From: Hypanus sabinus
Lineage: Eukaryota
NCBI RefSeq assembly: GCF_030144855.1
Contig: NC_082711.1
Location: 158,906,001-158,970,000 of the forward strand
Reading direction: 5' to 3'
DNA: 64,000 bases
Below, one piece after another: positions 48,281-61,496 of the stretch. The stretch's first letter is position 1. Each line of letters starts with the position of its first letter. Both the position numbers and the translations under genes were made by a program. The notes below the pieces were generated by a model. The model did no database searches, had not been told where the DNA came from, and worked only from the letters and a program-made list of their open reading frames with translations.

Positions 48281-48965
48281 GAGATACAAGAGACAGCAGG
48301 TGCTGGAATCTATAGTTGGGGGAAATCAGCAGGTCAGACGTAGGGCAAGGCAATAGAGTAGTGGTTTGCGTAACTTTATTACAATGTCAGCTGAAAGATT
48401 GGGGGTTTAATTCCTGTTACTGTTGGTCAGGTGTTTACACTTTCTCCCCATGAATGTCTGGGTTTCCTCTGGGTGATGCGGTTTCCTCCCACATCCCAAA
48501 GAGTTAGGGTGAGTGAGATGTGAGCAAGAAGTGTGGTGACTCTTGCAGGCTGCCCCCAGCACTATCCTCATTGATTTGATTTGATACAAATGATGTATTT
48601 CGCTGTATGTTTCAATATACATGAGACTAATAAAGATACCCTTCAACTTTATCTTGACCCAAAACTTTGATTATCTGTTTTTCTCCACAGATGCTGCCTG
48701 ACCTCAATATTTATTGATTTTTCTTTATTATTATCACTATTTCTTTCTTTTTGCATTTGCTCTGCTTATTGTCTTTTACGCTCTGGTTGAATACCCAAGT
48801 TGGACAGTCTTTCATTAATTCTGTTATGGTAATTATTATATAGATTTATTAAGTATGCCCACAAGAAAATGAATCTCAAGATTGTATATGGTGACATGTA
48901 TATATGTTAGTAATAAATTTACTTTGTGCTTTAACCTGCTGAGTTGGTCCAGCATTTTGTGTGTT
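48281..48965. mobile_element. Older Penelope-derived fold-back, interrupted by a V-SINE (~48340-48650) and a Rex-type tail (~48706-48933)
   Basis: Minus-oriented arm at 48281-48339 and plus-oriented arm at 48652-48705 plus 48935-48965. Flanked by gca(t/c)cttctg (48271-48280 / 48966-48975). Confidence 0.6.
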
Positions 48966-50614
48966 GCACCTTCTGTGCTTTAATTGGTCTAATGACTCCT
49001 TGATTCTTCCTGTCTGATAACCCCTTGCACTTTGTTAATGTCCATCTTCAGACTGAAATGTTTCAAGTACTCTGTGGTCTGAAACTGAAGAGAAAGATCA
49101 ATGACAGGAGCTGAGGAAATGACCAAAGCCAGGGTGGAAAACACAAGCTGTAGGAGATATTTGCAAACTAAAGAAAACTGGTAACACAACGTATTATGAA
49201 CAATAGTTGCAGCAAGTTGACCCACATGGTTTCATATTCTGGGAATATTCTTTAAAAACATTACAGGACACTGTTTGGGACTTTAATTTGTATCTTATGT
49301 CTTACTGGGGAGAAAGACAATCAGTCGTTTGGTGCTAATAGAAATAGTATTACTGAGTGAATATCTAGCTGATGTCAGTCCCTAGTTGATTGGTTGAAGA
49401 GCCTTGTCTGTTCACTTTTCCTGCAGACACATAGTCTCAAAACAGACATGGCACTGACTGGGACCTCTGCTAAGAAGTCCACATTAATTCCACAGGCAGC
49501 TTAATCTGAAGTGATGAGTAAAACCAGAGCTTTGATCAGATTTTGGTTTTACTAATAAAACATTTTGCAAACATGTGTCTCAGCTAATATTTTGTCAGGT
49601 ACATTTGAACCAATCTATTGAAAAACCAACTCTATACTTCTGCTGTCTTTCCCCAGTTATACAATCCTTTTTCTTATGGTTGAACAACATTTGATGTCTG
49701 TTTTTCCATTTCCTTAATCTGCTAGTCTCCTTTTATATTAATGTTATATCCTCCTGGAGACCACAAAGTTAGTGGTGTTAGACACTTCTAATGCTACTTA
49801 CGATGTGGATAATGACTCGGGGAATTATTAAAATTAAACAGGAAGTTTGGGAGGGGTTTTAATAATCTTCTATTAGCCAAGATTTCAATCATTTCTTCTC
49901 ATCTTTCCTTCCACAGATTAGTGCTTATGTTTGTACTCGTATCTGCTGAAGAAACGATTGGGTAAAATCCCATGTTACACTAAAGACTCTATTTAAATGC
50001 AAATTGCTATCTTTGTTATTGTTATTAGAGGATTCAACTAAATTAGGTTCATGTTGATTTCACTTGTGATCTAAGTATTCACCAATAACATCTCTTATTA
50101 TGATCTCCAATAAGTTGCTAATTATTATCACAAAAATGACCAACATTTATATAGTTCTGTTAATGAAAACTTTATTACTTTTCCATTGGAAGCTCAGGTA
50201 TAGAGTTAACCATCTTTCAGTACTTCACAATTTCCACAGAGTTTTAGAAAACTGCCTTGTATCATGGATTTGGCTGCTATAGTAGTTCCAAGTGTTGCAG
50301 GCAGATTATTTGTTCTTCTTTAGGTCGAGTTCACCATTTTGATATAGTTTCCACTTTAATATTTCAATTTACTAGACCAGCATACAGCCACCCCTTCTTG
50401 TACAAGTACAAGATTCTATGTTTCAAAAGACTTCATGCATTCCTGTAAGGACAAAGGCAATGATCTCTTGGAGGTTCAGAGAAGAGATTTGGGGCATATC
50501 ACGAAATAGTTAGAAAATCAGATTTTTATTTTAAATTGGGAATACAAAGGGAAGAAGGTGGTAATTTTGATTTTATCTATTAATAACTGATTAAAAAAAG
50601 AGGGACATAGTGAG

Positions 50615-51215
50615 GGAACTGAGTATAGAAGATGGGAGTTTACTTTGTAGTTGTACAAGACATTGGTGAGTGCAGACTTCCAAAATTGCATACAGCGTAG
50701 GTCACTCTGCGGTAAGGAAGATGTATTAAACTGCAGAGTGCAGAAAGGATTTACAAGGATGTTGTCAGAACTGAGGGACTGAGTTATAGGGGGAGATGGG
50801 CAGCCTAGGACTTTTTTCCTTGGGTCCTAAGAGACAGGGGGCTGATCATTTAGAGGTGCAGAAAATCATGAGAGCCATAAATAAGCTGAATGCACTCCGT
50901 CTTTTTCTGAGGGTTGGGGGAATCAAGGCCTAAAGGGTAAAAGTTCAAGATGAGAGGAGAATGATTTAATAGGAGCTTGGGAAGGCAGCTTTTGAATTTT
51001 TTTCCCCCCAGAGGGTGGTAGGTATATGCCAGAGCAAGAGGCTAAGACAGATACAATAACAGCTTTTAAAAGGCAGTTGGACAGATACACATACAAGAAA
51101 GGCTTAAAACAGTAAGGGTCAAAAGTGGGTGAATGGGCCTAGCTTGAATGAGAATTTTGGTCGGCATCGACCAGTTAGGCCAAAGGACCTGTATCCATGT
51201 CACAGAACTCTAAGA
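50615..51215 (+). mobile_element. Degenerate CR1 3' portion
   Basis: LYKTLV, VQKGFTRML and cagagggtggtaggtat signatures plus 3' UTR. Confidence 0.8.
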
Positions 51216-51317
51216 TAGATTCTACAATATTCTAATTGCAAAACAGAGACTTGTAATTTCAGAATTATGATAAAGAGAAGTAACACAAACTAGCAATTGT
51301 TTGAGACTTATTTGACA

Positions 51318-51548
51318 CTTGAGTAATTAATATTTCTGTAATATTTGAGTAATCTTGTAAATATATAGTTTGCTTAAGCGAACTTGTTCACCTCAATAAT
51401 TCATTATGGGTTATATGTGAATTACATACATCATCACGCTAACACATGATATATAAGCGCCCCACTTATGGTATGCACAAAGTTAGACATGCATTCCGGG
51501 ACCCCTGTGTCATCCCTTGAATTAATTTTGAATTTAAAAAGTGTAACA
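51318..51548 (+). mobile_element. Solo LTR of the short Gypsy LTR family
   Basis: taatatttctgtaatatttgagtaat...gtaaca is the reverse complement of the LTRs at 5886 and 14100. Flanked by gaca/gaca. Confidence 0.7.
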
Positions 51549-51764
51549 GACAGTACATTAAACTGTTAAACTTAACTCCTTGGAGTTCAGACTAGTGACA
51601 TTTTATCAATATTTTAAATCTTTGATTTTCACTCCTCCACCTTGATGTTTCCCTCCTGTGAATATGCGCCATTTTTTGTTTTATGAGGCATCTAGGTCAA
51701 TTTACAATGTTAAGTGTGCCATACATATAGCAATTGTTGCCCTGAAAATGATGTTTCCTAAGGA

Positions 51765-52535
51765 CATAAGATATGAACATAAAAAAGGAGCAGGAGTAGG
51801 CCAGTCCGCCCTCCAAACCTAGTTTGCCACTCACAGCCTGCCCCAGGACTTATTGCTTCTTGTGTGCTGTCAATGTCGCAATCTGATGATCGAGCATTCA
51901 GAATCCTCAAGGCTAGACAGTTCCAGTGATTCACTATCCTCGGCAAGAAGTAGTTCCAAAGCTCGTCAGTTGTAAATGACTGCACATTAATTTTGTAACT
52001 ATGTTCTCTTGTTCAAGATTCCCCAACTACTGAAAGCATCTCAACATATGATATCATTTCCCCTTAGTGTCTCATGTTTTAATAAATATACCTCAATTCT
52101 TCTGCACTCCAAAGAAAATAGATACAATTGATTTAGCTGTTTATGATAGGACAGCACTCTCATCCCAGAATTAGACCATAACACCATAATATATAGGTGC
52201 AGAAATAGGCCATTTGGCCTATCAAGTCTGCTCCACCATTTCATCATGGCTGATCCATTTCCATTTCAGACCTAATCTCCTGCTTTCTCCCCATATCCTT
52301 CCATGCCCTGACTAATCAAGTATCTATCAATCTCTGCCTTAAATATACCCAAAGACGGCCTCCACAGCCACTTGTGGCAACATATTCCTCAGATTCACCA
52401 CTCTCTGGCTGAAGAAATTCCTCCTAATCTCCGTTCTAAATGGACGTCCCTCTACTTTGAGGCTGTGTCCTCTGGTCTTAGACTCCCTTATGATAAGAAA
52501 CATGCTCTTCTCGTCCACTATATTGAGGCCTTCCA
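51765..52535 (-). mobile_element. Two CR1 3' ends
   Basis: SKTRGHSLKVEGRPFRTEIRRNFFSQRVVN and RIVNHWNCL. Confidence 0.85.
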
Positions 52536-52539
52536 ACAT

Positions 52540-52760
52540 TCGATTATCAAGGACCCCCACTATTCAGACCATGCTCTCTTCTCACTGCTGCCAATGGGAA
52601 GAGAGTACAGGAGCCTTAGGCCCCATACCACCAGATTCAGGTACAGTTATTACCCTAGAAACGGCAGGCTCCTGATCAGCATGGATAACTTCCCTCTCCT
52701 CAACACTGAACTGAATCCACAACCTAAGGACTCACTTTCAAGGAGTCTATACTTCGAAGT
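52540..52760 (+). mobile_element. Rex1-type 3' fragment
   Basis: IIKDPHYSDHALFSLLPMGREYRSL. Confidence 0.8.
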
Positions 52761-55700
52761 TTGAACTTTTTTACATGGTGGTCACTGGCTGCTCACCCTC
52801 AAACAGTATCTGGAATTCTATCCTTAACCACAAATTTTATTAATTCCACCTCTTTACAAAGACAGAAAATAAAATACCCTGACCCAGGCATTTCTGCAAC
52901 ATACTGCTCTAAGAAGTAATCCTCTTCACGATTATATGCACAGAAGTGTAGAAGAGGAAAGCAGGTAGGTGAAGGAATAACAGGGGAATGTATGCTTGAG
53001 TTTGTTAAAGTTATAAGTAGAAAGGAAGTTTGGAGAGGAACTAATTAGTATTGGAAAAAGGATATTTCAATTTCAAACCAAAGCTCAGGAAGAAATGTTT
53101 TAAGTATTTCTCTCTAAAACCACACAAAACCAAACTTGTGTGAGAAATATTATATATCCACAACCCACGTTGATGTCACAGACTTCAAAAGGACTTGCAG
53201 GTAAGTTTAGATCAACTCTTGACATAACCACAATGCACCATTTCCAGAGGTTAAATGAACCCTAACTGCTCCTGATGCTTCCTTCAGGCTCTCTTCATTA
53301 GAATTCAGCTCATTTCAGCCCTAATTACATGTTCACTAACTATAAGCCATCTGATTTATATTCATTAACCAATACCAGACAGCAGTAGGGACAGAACTTT
53401 TTGTTTAGCGAGACATGCCCCTATCGACAGGTGGACTAAATTTCAAATAATTACCTTAGTGTAATAGTTGTCCAGTACAAGTGCCCTGAGGATATTATCC
53501 CAGTTAAATAATTCTAGTTCTGATGTCCTAACTGATATTTTGGGGGCATGGGCTGCTTGCAAATAGCTAAAACTACTTCAACAAGCCTCCTGAATTATCA
53601 GTATCTGAAATATTTGTTACTCTGGAGACATTAAAGAAAAGACTATTAACCATATTATAGTCATGTGGAGCCCATTTATTTTAGGGTAATGTGGTGGTTC
53701 TCTGTCAGGCATTTTAATGAGATCTTAAGTGAGGCTGCTTTGTTTACCAACCATATCTGGTATAGGATTATTAACTTATTGCCTCTTTATTCTTTTACTA
53801 GTGCTGCCAAAGAAACATATTAAGATCAGGAAAGTGCAGGACAGAGACAGCTTCTTGAACATAGATTCATGCATTTTATTTATTCAAACTACTCAAGGAA
53901 CATTTATGCATTCTTCATGGTGCAGGTTAAGTCACAGACAGAATTGACAGAATTAAATCAGATTCGGCATCTTTATACAAACCTAGATGAATACCCAAGT
54001 CTTCAAAACTGATAACATTCATTTATATTACATCTCTCATGACCTCAGGATGTCCTGTAAAGTTTTTGCTGTGCATTCATGTACACGTTGAACCTTACGG
54101 GTTCCTGTCAAGCTTCCCTGTGTGTTACGTAATGTGACAGGTCATTCTGGGGAGATGACTTACAAGCAAAATAAACAGCAACACATTTGTTCCTCACCTC
54201 TCCGTCTCACCACGAACTGGTGACAAGGTGACAAGTCCTCACTCGATATTTATTGTATTGTTCCCATCGGCAAGAAAAGTCCATGAACAACACTAGCGGT
54301 GTACCACTGTGCAAGGTGGGTGGGCAAAAAGAAGATGCCACATGCCATGGGAAAATGGCTGCAGGAAACGTGGTGGGTGAAGAATCCGAGGCGAAAGAAT
54401 GAGAATAGGACAGCTAAATAAAACCAGAGAGGGAGAGAGACAGACAGACAGATAAGACTTAACTTTTCTGAACCATAATTGTGCCTGAACATGGTGACTA
54501 TGTTTGGAAGTATGGGGCCGTGTGATGAAATGACAGAGAAATGGAGTTCATGTACTGAAGGATATGAATATTTTGCACTGACAAGTCAAATTTCAAATAA
54601 TATTTGTCTTCCAACTTTTCGGACTGTAATGGGTGCAAAGATGTTTAATTTATTTGGCAGTCTAGTGTAACCTGCTAAGCCTGACGATAAGCCTAATGAG
54701 GACATAGATAAGGAACACTATTCACCTAAATCTTTGATTATTGCTTTGATGATCAAACATGCAGTGTGTTCGGTAGCCTGTGGTAAGAACACAACACCTG
54801 AATGTCTTCAAATAAACATAATGCTCCTTTTTCAATAGCTCACATAGAAATAATGTAGTCCAGAGAAGTAACCGAAGAAGAGGACAAGAACTCCGATATC
54901 AATTTGATTTTCTTTTTCTAATTTTTCATTGCCACTTACAGAAACCTTTGTGTTTTCTGTTGAACTGGTTTATGTTACAGGAGTACCTATGAGTGAATTA
55001 CAGCAGTACAGTCTTGATCAGGGCAGTATTCCATCGCAAAAGTACACAAGAATATTTCCATTGCAATTTCATTCAGGGCTGTTTTTACATGCTATGAACA
55101 ATTACTCCCTAGGTATTTTATTTCAAGAAATTGGTAGTTTCTCAATCCTGACTTGAGGTATTTCCTCTTGTGTGGCCAAAGTTATGCCTGACTCTCCTGC
55201 CTCAGGCTTCATAAAGCTGGTTGGTTCTTTCACTTGCATTTTTCCTGTTCTATATCATGGCCTTTACCTTTAATTCTCTTTCATCTCTGATGATTATGGA
55301 AGTGTTACAGTCGATCTTTTTTGACCTTTAGCTTCAATACTTGGAATTAGCCCCGAGTGGGGGAAATCAGGTTAACACGCTGACTGATGTAACAATAAGG
55401 CATTGTGTATTTGGTAGTGGATGCAATTTAAGAATTTTTGGCACTTAAAACATTTGGAGAGCTGCTCCGTCTTTGGTCCAATACACAATGCTCCTCCTGT
55501 TTCAACAAAATATAAAATTGCATTGCAAAAATAAAATAAACCGAATTCTTCACAGCATACTATACTTCAATTAATCTGCTTAATTTTGTCACAGTGCAGA
55601 AGATAATTTTGACTGAATTGGTTTCTCGGCAATTGTCACATTTTTTGGCTACATTTTCTGATCACGTAACCAGTAACTTAATTCCCATTACACCGCTGGC

Positions 55701-56622
55701 AGTTAGGTCAGCAATGACGGTCCCCCATCTCTGGCGGTGTTCAGGACTTCCTACATCATGTTTTCACTACTATCTGTCATGCAAGTTCCGAATGTAGACT
55801 CAGGGATACCATCACACTCAGTTTAGAACTAACAACCCTGACTGGTTTTTTTTAAAAAAATGGTTGTAGAAATAGTAATGAAGAATGCTTCCATAACAGC
55901 TTCATTTTACCAGTCAGGGTTGTCAATTCTGAACTGAACCCCTGCACCTGGAGAATTGCTGGACCACTCTTAGTCTGGCCTCTACCCTTTGACCTTTTTG
56001 GCATAGGTGACCTTACCAAGAGCCAAGGCATAAAGCCTTCACTCCAACCAACATAGCTCTCTGGGTCATTGAGGAAAACCCTACAACAAGGCTGTGCTCC
56101 TTTTGGAGGACATAAACTAGTAATCCAATCTAACCTGCAACCATATTATTAGTAGGAGAATAATCATAAGAAGTACCATGGTCAGCAGTCTAGCTTCATC
56201 TTGTATATCTATGCAATCCAGTTGTAGCTTTACACATTTGCAGAGTAAAATAAATAACTCCCAATTACATTTCACCTCTCACTCCCTTATGGCCACAAAA
56301 CACTGTAAGTCTCTTCCAAGCATCATCATTGTTGCAAGAATATAGCAAGCAATAGTTCAGTATTGCTGTAAGTAGCATATCATCTACTTCACTGTAAATT
56401 CATCAGCACTGAGTCAAAATCCTGGAATTCCACACTGAACAGCGTAGGGAGCTCTTCCAGATCGAAATGGTAGCAGTCCAAGAAGACCGTTCACTGCTAT
56501 ATTCTCAAAGGCAATTAGAGACTCAAATAAACTGAGGAATGGTGAATGATGTGCTCTTGTATATAATTCCATAAAGATCTGCTTTAACTGGGTTTTAACT
56601 GGGTCATTAGACAAGTTGGATA

Positions 56623-57070
56623 TCATAAACACAGAAAATCTGCAGATGCTGGAGATCCAAAACAACACACATAAAATGCTGGAGGAACTCGCCAGGTCAG
56701 GCAGCATCTATGGAAATGAATAGATAGTTGATGTTTCAGGCCAAGACCCTTCTTCAGGATTGAGAAAGAAGGGGAAGATGCCAGAATAAAAAGGTGGAGA
56801 GAGGGGGAAGAAGGCTAGCTGGAAGGTGATAGGTGAAGACAAGAGGGTGGGAAAGGTCAAGGACAGGAGAAGAATGAATCTGATAGGAGAGGAGAGCAGA
56901 CAATAGGAGAAAAGTGAGGGAAAAAGACCCAGGGAGAAGTACTAGGCAAGTGAGAAGAAGTAAAAGGTCAGAGAGAGAAATAGAGGGGGGAGGAGGAATT
57001 TGTTTACTTGGAGACATGAATATTTATGCCATCAGGTGGGAGTCTACACAAGTGGAATATAGGGTGTTAG
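56623..57070 (-). mobile_element. Penelope-like 3' end with hammerhead motif (56725-56762) and GIY-YIG tail
   Basis: On minus: caatc-ctgaaga-a-ggg(tcttgg)cct-gaaa-catc-aacta. Upstream PDGINI-type coding end, homologous to 38033-38506. Confidence 0.8.
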
Positions 57071-57654
57071 TACCCAATACCTTGCTCTTCATTTCTCTGA
57101 GATCTCTCTGCAGAAGTACAGTGAATGCAGTAAAGTTGTTCAGTCTACCTTCCTCCTTAATCAACTGGTCAGAAATATTAGCCTTTCATATCGCCGTCCA
57201 ACGTTCCATCATTATGAAGTCTCTGTCAATGTGGTAATTTGTAAATAGCAGGACACGGTATGGATATTACAATATCTGGAAATGTACTTGAATGCTGTTT
57301 CCTTGTTGTATAACCAAGGAATCAATGTAATTTATATTTATCTTGATTTCAATAATTGTCTGATAGTTACTTTCCTCCTCAGTATTAGTCACCCTGTAGC
57401 ATTCAAGTTGCTTCCAGTCATCTTAGTAGTATCCACTTTGCATTGTGACTACATATCCTTTTTTTTTGCTTTCTCCTTTGTTGTTACTTTTAACATTGAG
57501 ATTTCCCTGGTAGCTTTCTGTAACACTTCAATGGGCAAAGCTTTTTACTGTGGTTCTCGAAAAAGTTATTTGTCTAGAATTGTCTATGTGGCAGGCACCC
57601 CTAGTGGAAGAAGGAAAGTCACAATATTGCTCTTCTCACTAGAATCTGATTAAC

Positions 57655-58560
57655 TGAGACACAAACATTGGAGCAGAATTAGGTCATTCAGCTGCCCCGC
57701 CATTCCATCATGGCTGATTTATTAACCACCTCAACCCCTTTCTCCCACCTTCTCACCGTATCCTTTGACATCCTGATTAATCAAGAGCCTATAAACCTCC
57801 ACATTAAATATACCCAATGAATTGGCCTACACAGCCAACTGTAGCAATGAACTCCACAGATTCACCACCCTCTGGCTGAAGAAAATTTTCCTCATCTCTG
57901 TAGATGTCACTCAACTCTGAGGCTGTGTGCTCCGGTTCAAGACACCCCCACTTTAGGAAACATCCTCTCCACATCCACTCTATCTAGACCTTTCAATATT
58001 TGATAGCTTTTAATGATGCTCCCGCCTGTTTCTTCTAACCTCCTGCAAGTGTAGGTGCAGGGCTATCAGACGCTCCTCACGTGTTAATACTTTCAATCCC
58101 AGAATCATTTTCATAAACCTCCTCTGAACCTTCTGCAATGCCAGCACATCCTTTCATACATAGGGGCCCAAAACAGCTCACAGTACAGTACTCCAATGCC
58201 TTATAAAGCCTCAGCATCACATCGTTGCTCTTATCAGAATCAGACTTTAATCGCCAAGTACCTGTGCACATACAAGGAATTTACTTCCGGCAGATGTTGT
58301 CTCTCTGCTCATAACAATAATAATGATAAATATAAATGAAAATATAGATTATACATACAGGTAGTGCAATCCAAGTAATAGTTAGCCGACAGTTAACCGT
58401 CAGTTAACTCTTCAGCAAAGTGACCGCAGTAGGGAAAAAACTTCTCCAGTGCCTATTAGTCTTAGTCTGGAGGGATCTGAAGCGCCTGTTCTTTCAAAAT
58501 GAATAGTAACATTGCATTTGCCTTCCTCATCACTGACTCAACCTTGAAGTTAAGGAACTC
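57655..58560 (-). mobile_element. CR1 3' portion with an inserted Rex-type tail (~58232-58488)
   Basis: NDVMLRLYKALEY and KVESVMRKANAMLLFI flank the insert. Confidence 0.8.
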
Positions 58561-59050
58561 TGCACAAGGATTATATGTAAAATGATCATTAGTGGAGTAA
58601 AACCAAATACTAAAAGAAGAATACTTTGCCGTACATGATTTTGGTTCTGGAAAACTGAAGGCACCTGAAGTACAAGCCAATTCACATTCAAATTTCCACT
58701 CAGAAGGCTTTTGCTCTGATTGTGGGTGGTCTGCAAGTAATCTGTTCATATTAGTATGTGAGCACCATTCATTATCTCCACATTACCCTTTATTGTTTTT
58801 AAACGGGAGGGAGAGTTTGACATCAGGATCATTTCTATCATGGTAATATCCAATTTAACATGTATCTATTTACTTGGGTTACCTTATCCCAGCCAAATTC
58901 CCTTTCAATAATGCAAAGTAACCTACTAAATTTGGTCTATAATAAATGATAGGTATGTATTTATATTCAGATATCTTTGCAGTTTGCTTTGGAGCGTATA
59001 GGCAGGGAGACATTACGCTAAATTTTTAATCCCTAAACAGATATCTAGAA

Positions 59051-59842
59051 CAGGCATGGGCAAACTACGGCCCGCGGGCCATATGCGGCCCGTTAAGCTT
59101 TTTAATCCGGCCCACAGAACTTGATGAAATTATATTAATAAACCTTGTTAACGTTTTTCCCCCGCAATTCTGGCGTTTTCCCAATAGATGACGCACTCTA
59201 TATACATTGACCTTTGTTGAGGTGCAGCGTATTACTCCACATTTGCGCTTTACTTTGTGACCTTGTGGCGACCCATTTCCTGGCACATCCGAACCAGCTC
59301 ACAACTAGCCAGCGTTCCGGCTAAGGGAAATAGCCTGCGGGGATTTGCGAGCACAGAGCTCCGCATATTGGCGCGCTCTCACTGTTCTGTCATTGTGTGG
59401 GTCGTTGTTGAGTTTTGGCACAGGGGACAATTGAATAAGAAGGAGCAGGACAAGTAGACCTGCATCTCCTTCCGTTTTTGAAATAAAGACAGTCAGGAGG
59501 AGAGTGATGATGATAATATCTTGAAGGATAACAGAATTTTCAGTGCTTTAAAATAATAACTGTTACTATTAAAAAAAGCTGTATTTTATTCATTTAATTT
59601 TCAGTGTTTTAAAAGACATCTCAATAAGTAGCTAAATACCATGGGACTTCAAAGACAGATATTTTGTTGTAATGCATTTGTTCATTTTCAATTGAAATTA
59701 AAGCACGTTTTCTACATATCCCATGATATTTTATTTTCTCTTATGAGGTGTATTACCAAAACACTCCGTCCATCTGCTCCTGCTCCCTGTCAAATTTTAG
59801 AACCCTTTGTGGCCCTCAAGTCAAAAAGTTTGCCCACCCCTG
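59051..59842. mobile_element. Young non-autonomous hAT (Charlie-type) MITE, 792 bp
   Basis: TIRs caggcatgggcaaact / agtttgcccacccctg (14/16) and a perfect 8-bp TSD atctagaa (59043-59050 / 59843-59850). Subterminal cggcccgcgggcc..tgcggccc motifs. Confidence 0.93.
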
Positions 59843-61094
59843 ATCTAGAATAATACTTCTAGCTGGGTGAAAGATAATAGATGAAGGAGGTTTTAATCTC
59901 TGATCAAAGAGTTGCCAAAAAAAGCATTGTGAATTGGAGATAGCTATGAATTTGTTGAACACAGGCAGTGAAGAAATCTATTTCAAAAGCATCACAATAT
60001 ATTTAGGAAGATTAAGGCAAAGTTAAATTTAATCTCCATCGGAAAAGGCTATTGCAACTGCATTCTTTGTCGGTGAAAGAGCTTTGAGAAGTAAGATGCC
60101 TTAATTTGAAGAGGTATCAGAAGTGAGGTATTAAGAGGTGAATGCAATTGTTGGTAGTGGTTCATCAGATCTGTCTCAAATACCTAAAGAACAATCTTAT
60201 ATAGGTGGCAGGGATGTCTGGCAATAAACTCTGCAGCTGACCATCAAATAATCTATGAATATAGAAGATGGTTGCTTAATTTAATGGCTGCATTTAGAGA
60301 CAATACCAGAGTAGAAGTGATTGAGGGATGCCTGTCAATTAAACTTGATGACCACATTGTTGTGTGTAACTAACTGCTTCCTTGCACATAATTTACGTGA
60401 TCACATTCCTCCACATTCTGCACTTTGCTGGATATATAATTCTTCTTCTTCAGGGCTGATGCAGTTTCCATTTCTCTCTGTTTAGCAGATTCCTTGTAAA
60501 TTATACTTGATGATTGTAAAGTAAGCCAGCTACCAAGGCCCGCCTTCAGTTTATTGGTAGCCAATGTTCACAATATTTGACAGTGATTTAAGTAACATTG
60601 GTGTGTAACTTTTCTATAATGGGTAGAATTTGGAAACTTCTAGGGTCACTGTAAATTTACATTTGTTCATGGTTAGGTTGGCAGCAACAGGTCCAAAAGC
60701 AGGAGAAGTCTTCTTGATAGATTAGGCTCATTGAGATCCAGGTTAGGCCTGAGGTCTCTCACTCAGCTGTCAGTACTTCTGTTTGATCCCAGCATACCGA
60801 GCACTCAACACAAACACACAATCCCACCCTGTCCTTTCTGATGTTACACCCTGTGCTTTAGGTGGATAGGGGCACAACCCCACATGCTGGACACTCTCTG
60901 CAGAGACCCACAACTTGTGCACATCTGATAGAGAAGCACCTGGATTTTGCTGGTGTGTCCTGCAGACTACCGTGGACTTGCAATATAGAGCTCGATATTG
61001 ATGTCCAGCTATTCCAGATCTTAGAGCTCTTGCCGAGGAACAGAATTTAAAGCCAATAATTGCAACTTTACTAATTTCTCTGAGGTGTTCCCCA

Positions 61095-61385
61095 AAGTAC
61101 TGACAAGAGGGCACAGGTTTAAGGTGCTGGGGAGTAGGTACAGAGGAGATGTCAGGGGTAAGTTTTTTACTCAGAGAGTGGCGAGTGTGTGGAATGGGCT
61201 GCCGGCGATGGTGGTGGAGGCGGATACGATAGGGTCTTTTAAGAGACTTTTGGATTGGTACATGGAGCTTAGAAAAATAGAAGGCTATGGGTAACCCCAG
61301 TAATTTCTAAGGTAGGGACATGTTCTGCTGAACTTTGTGGGCCGAAGGTCCTGTATTGTGCTGTAGATTTTCTATGTTTCTAAGT
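61095..61385 (+). mobile_element. Young CR1 3' end
   Basis: TRGHRFKVLGSRYRGDVRGKFFTQRVASVWNGLP, with a tttctatgtttcta tail. Confidence 0.9.
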
Positions 61386-61496
61386 GTTTCATAAACGTTT
61401 AATTATCTGGTGAGTGGTAATAAGTGGGTAATTACAGTAGCTTTCTTACACATAACAATCCCACTAACGGTGATATCATATATGGCCATTTATAAA

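Noticed and set aside
60370-60564. 64-aa minus-strand ORF as an exon
   Set aside because: Weak splice context and no recognisable domain.
60610-60780. LF-SINE-like remnant
   Set aside because: Resemblance to my recollection of the consensus is too weak to support without an HMM search.
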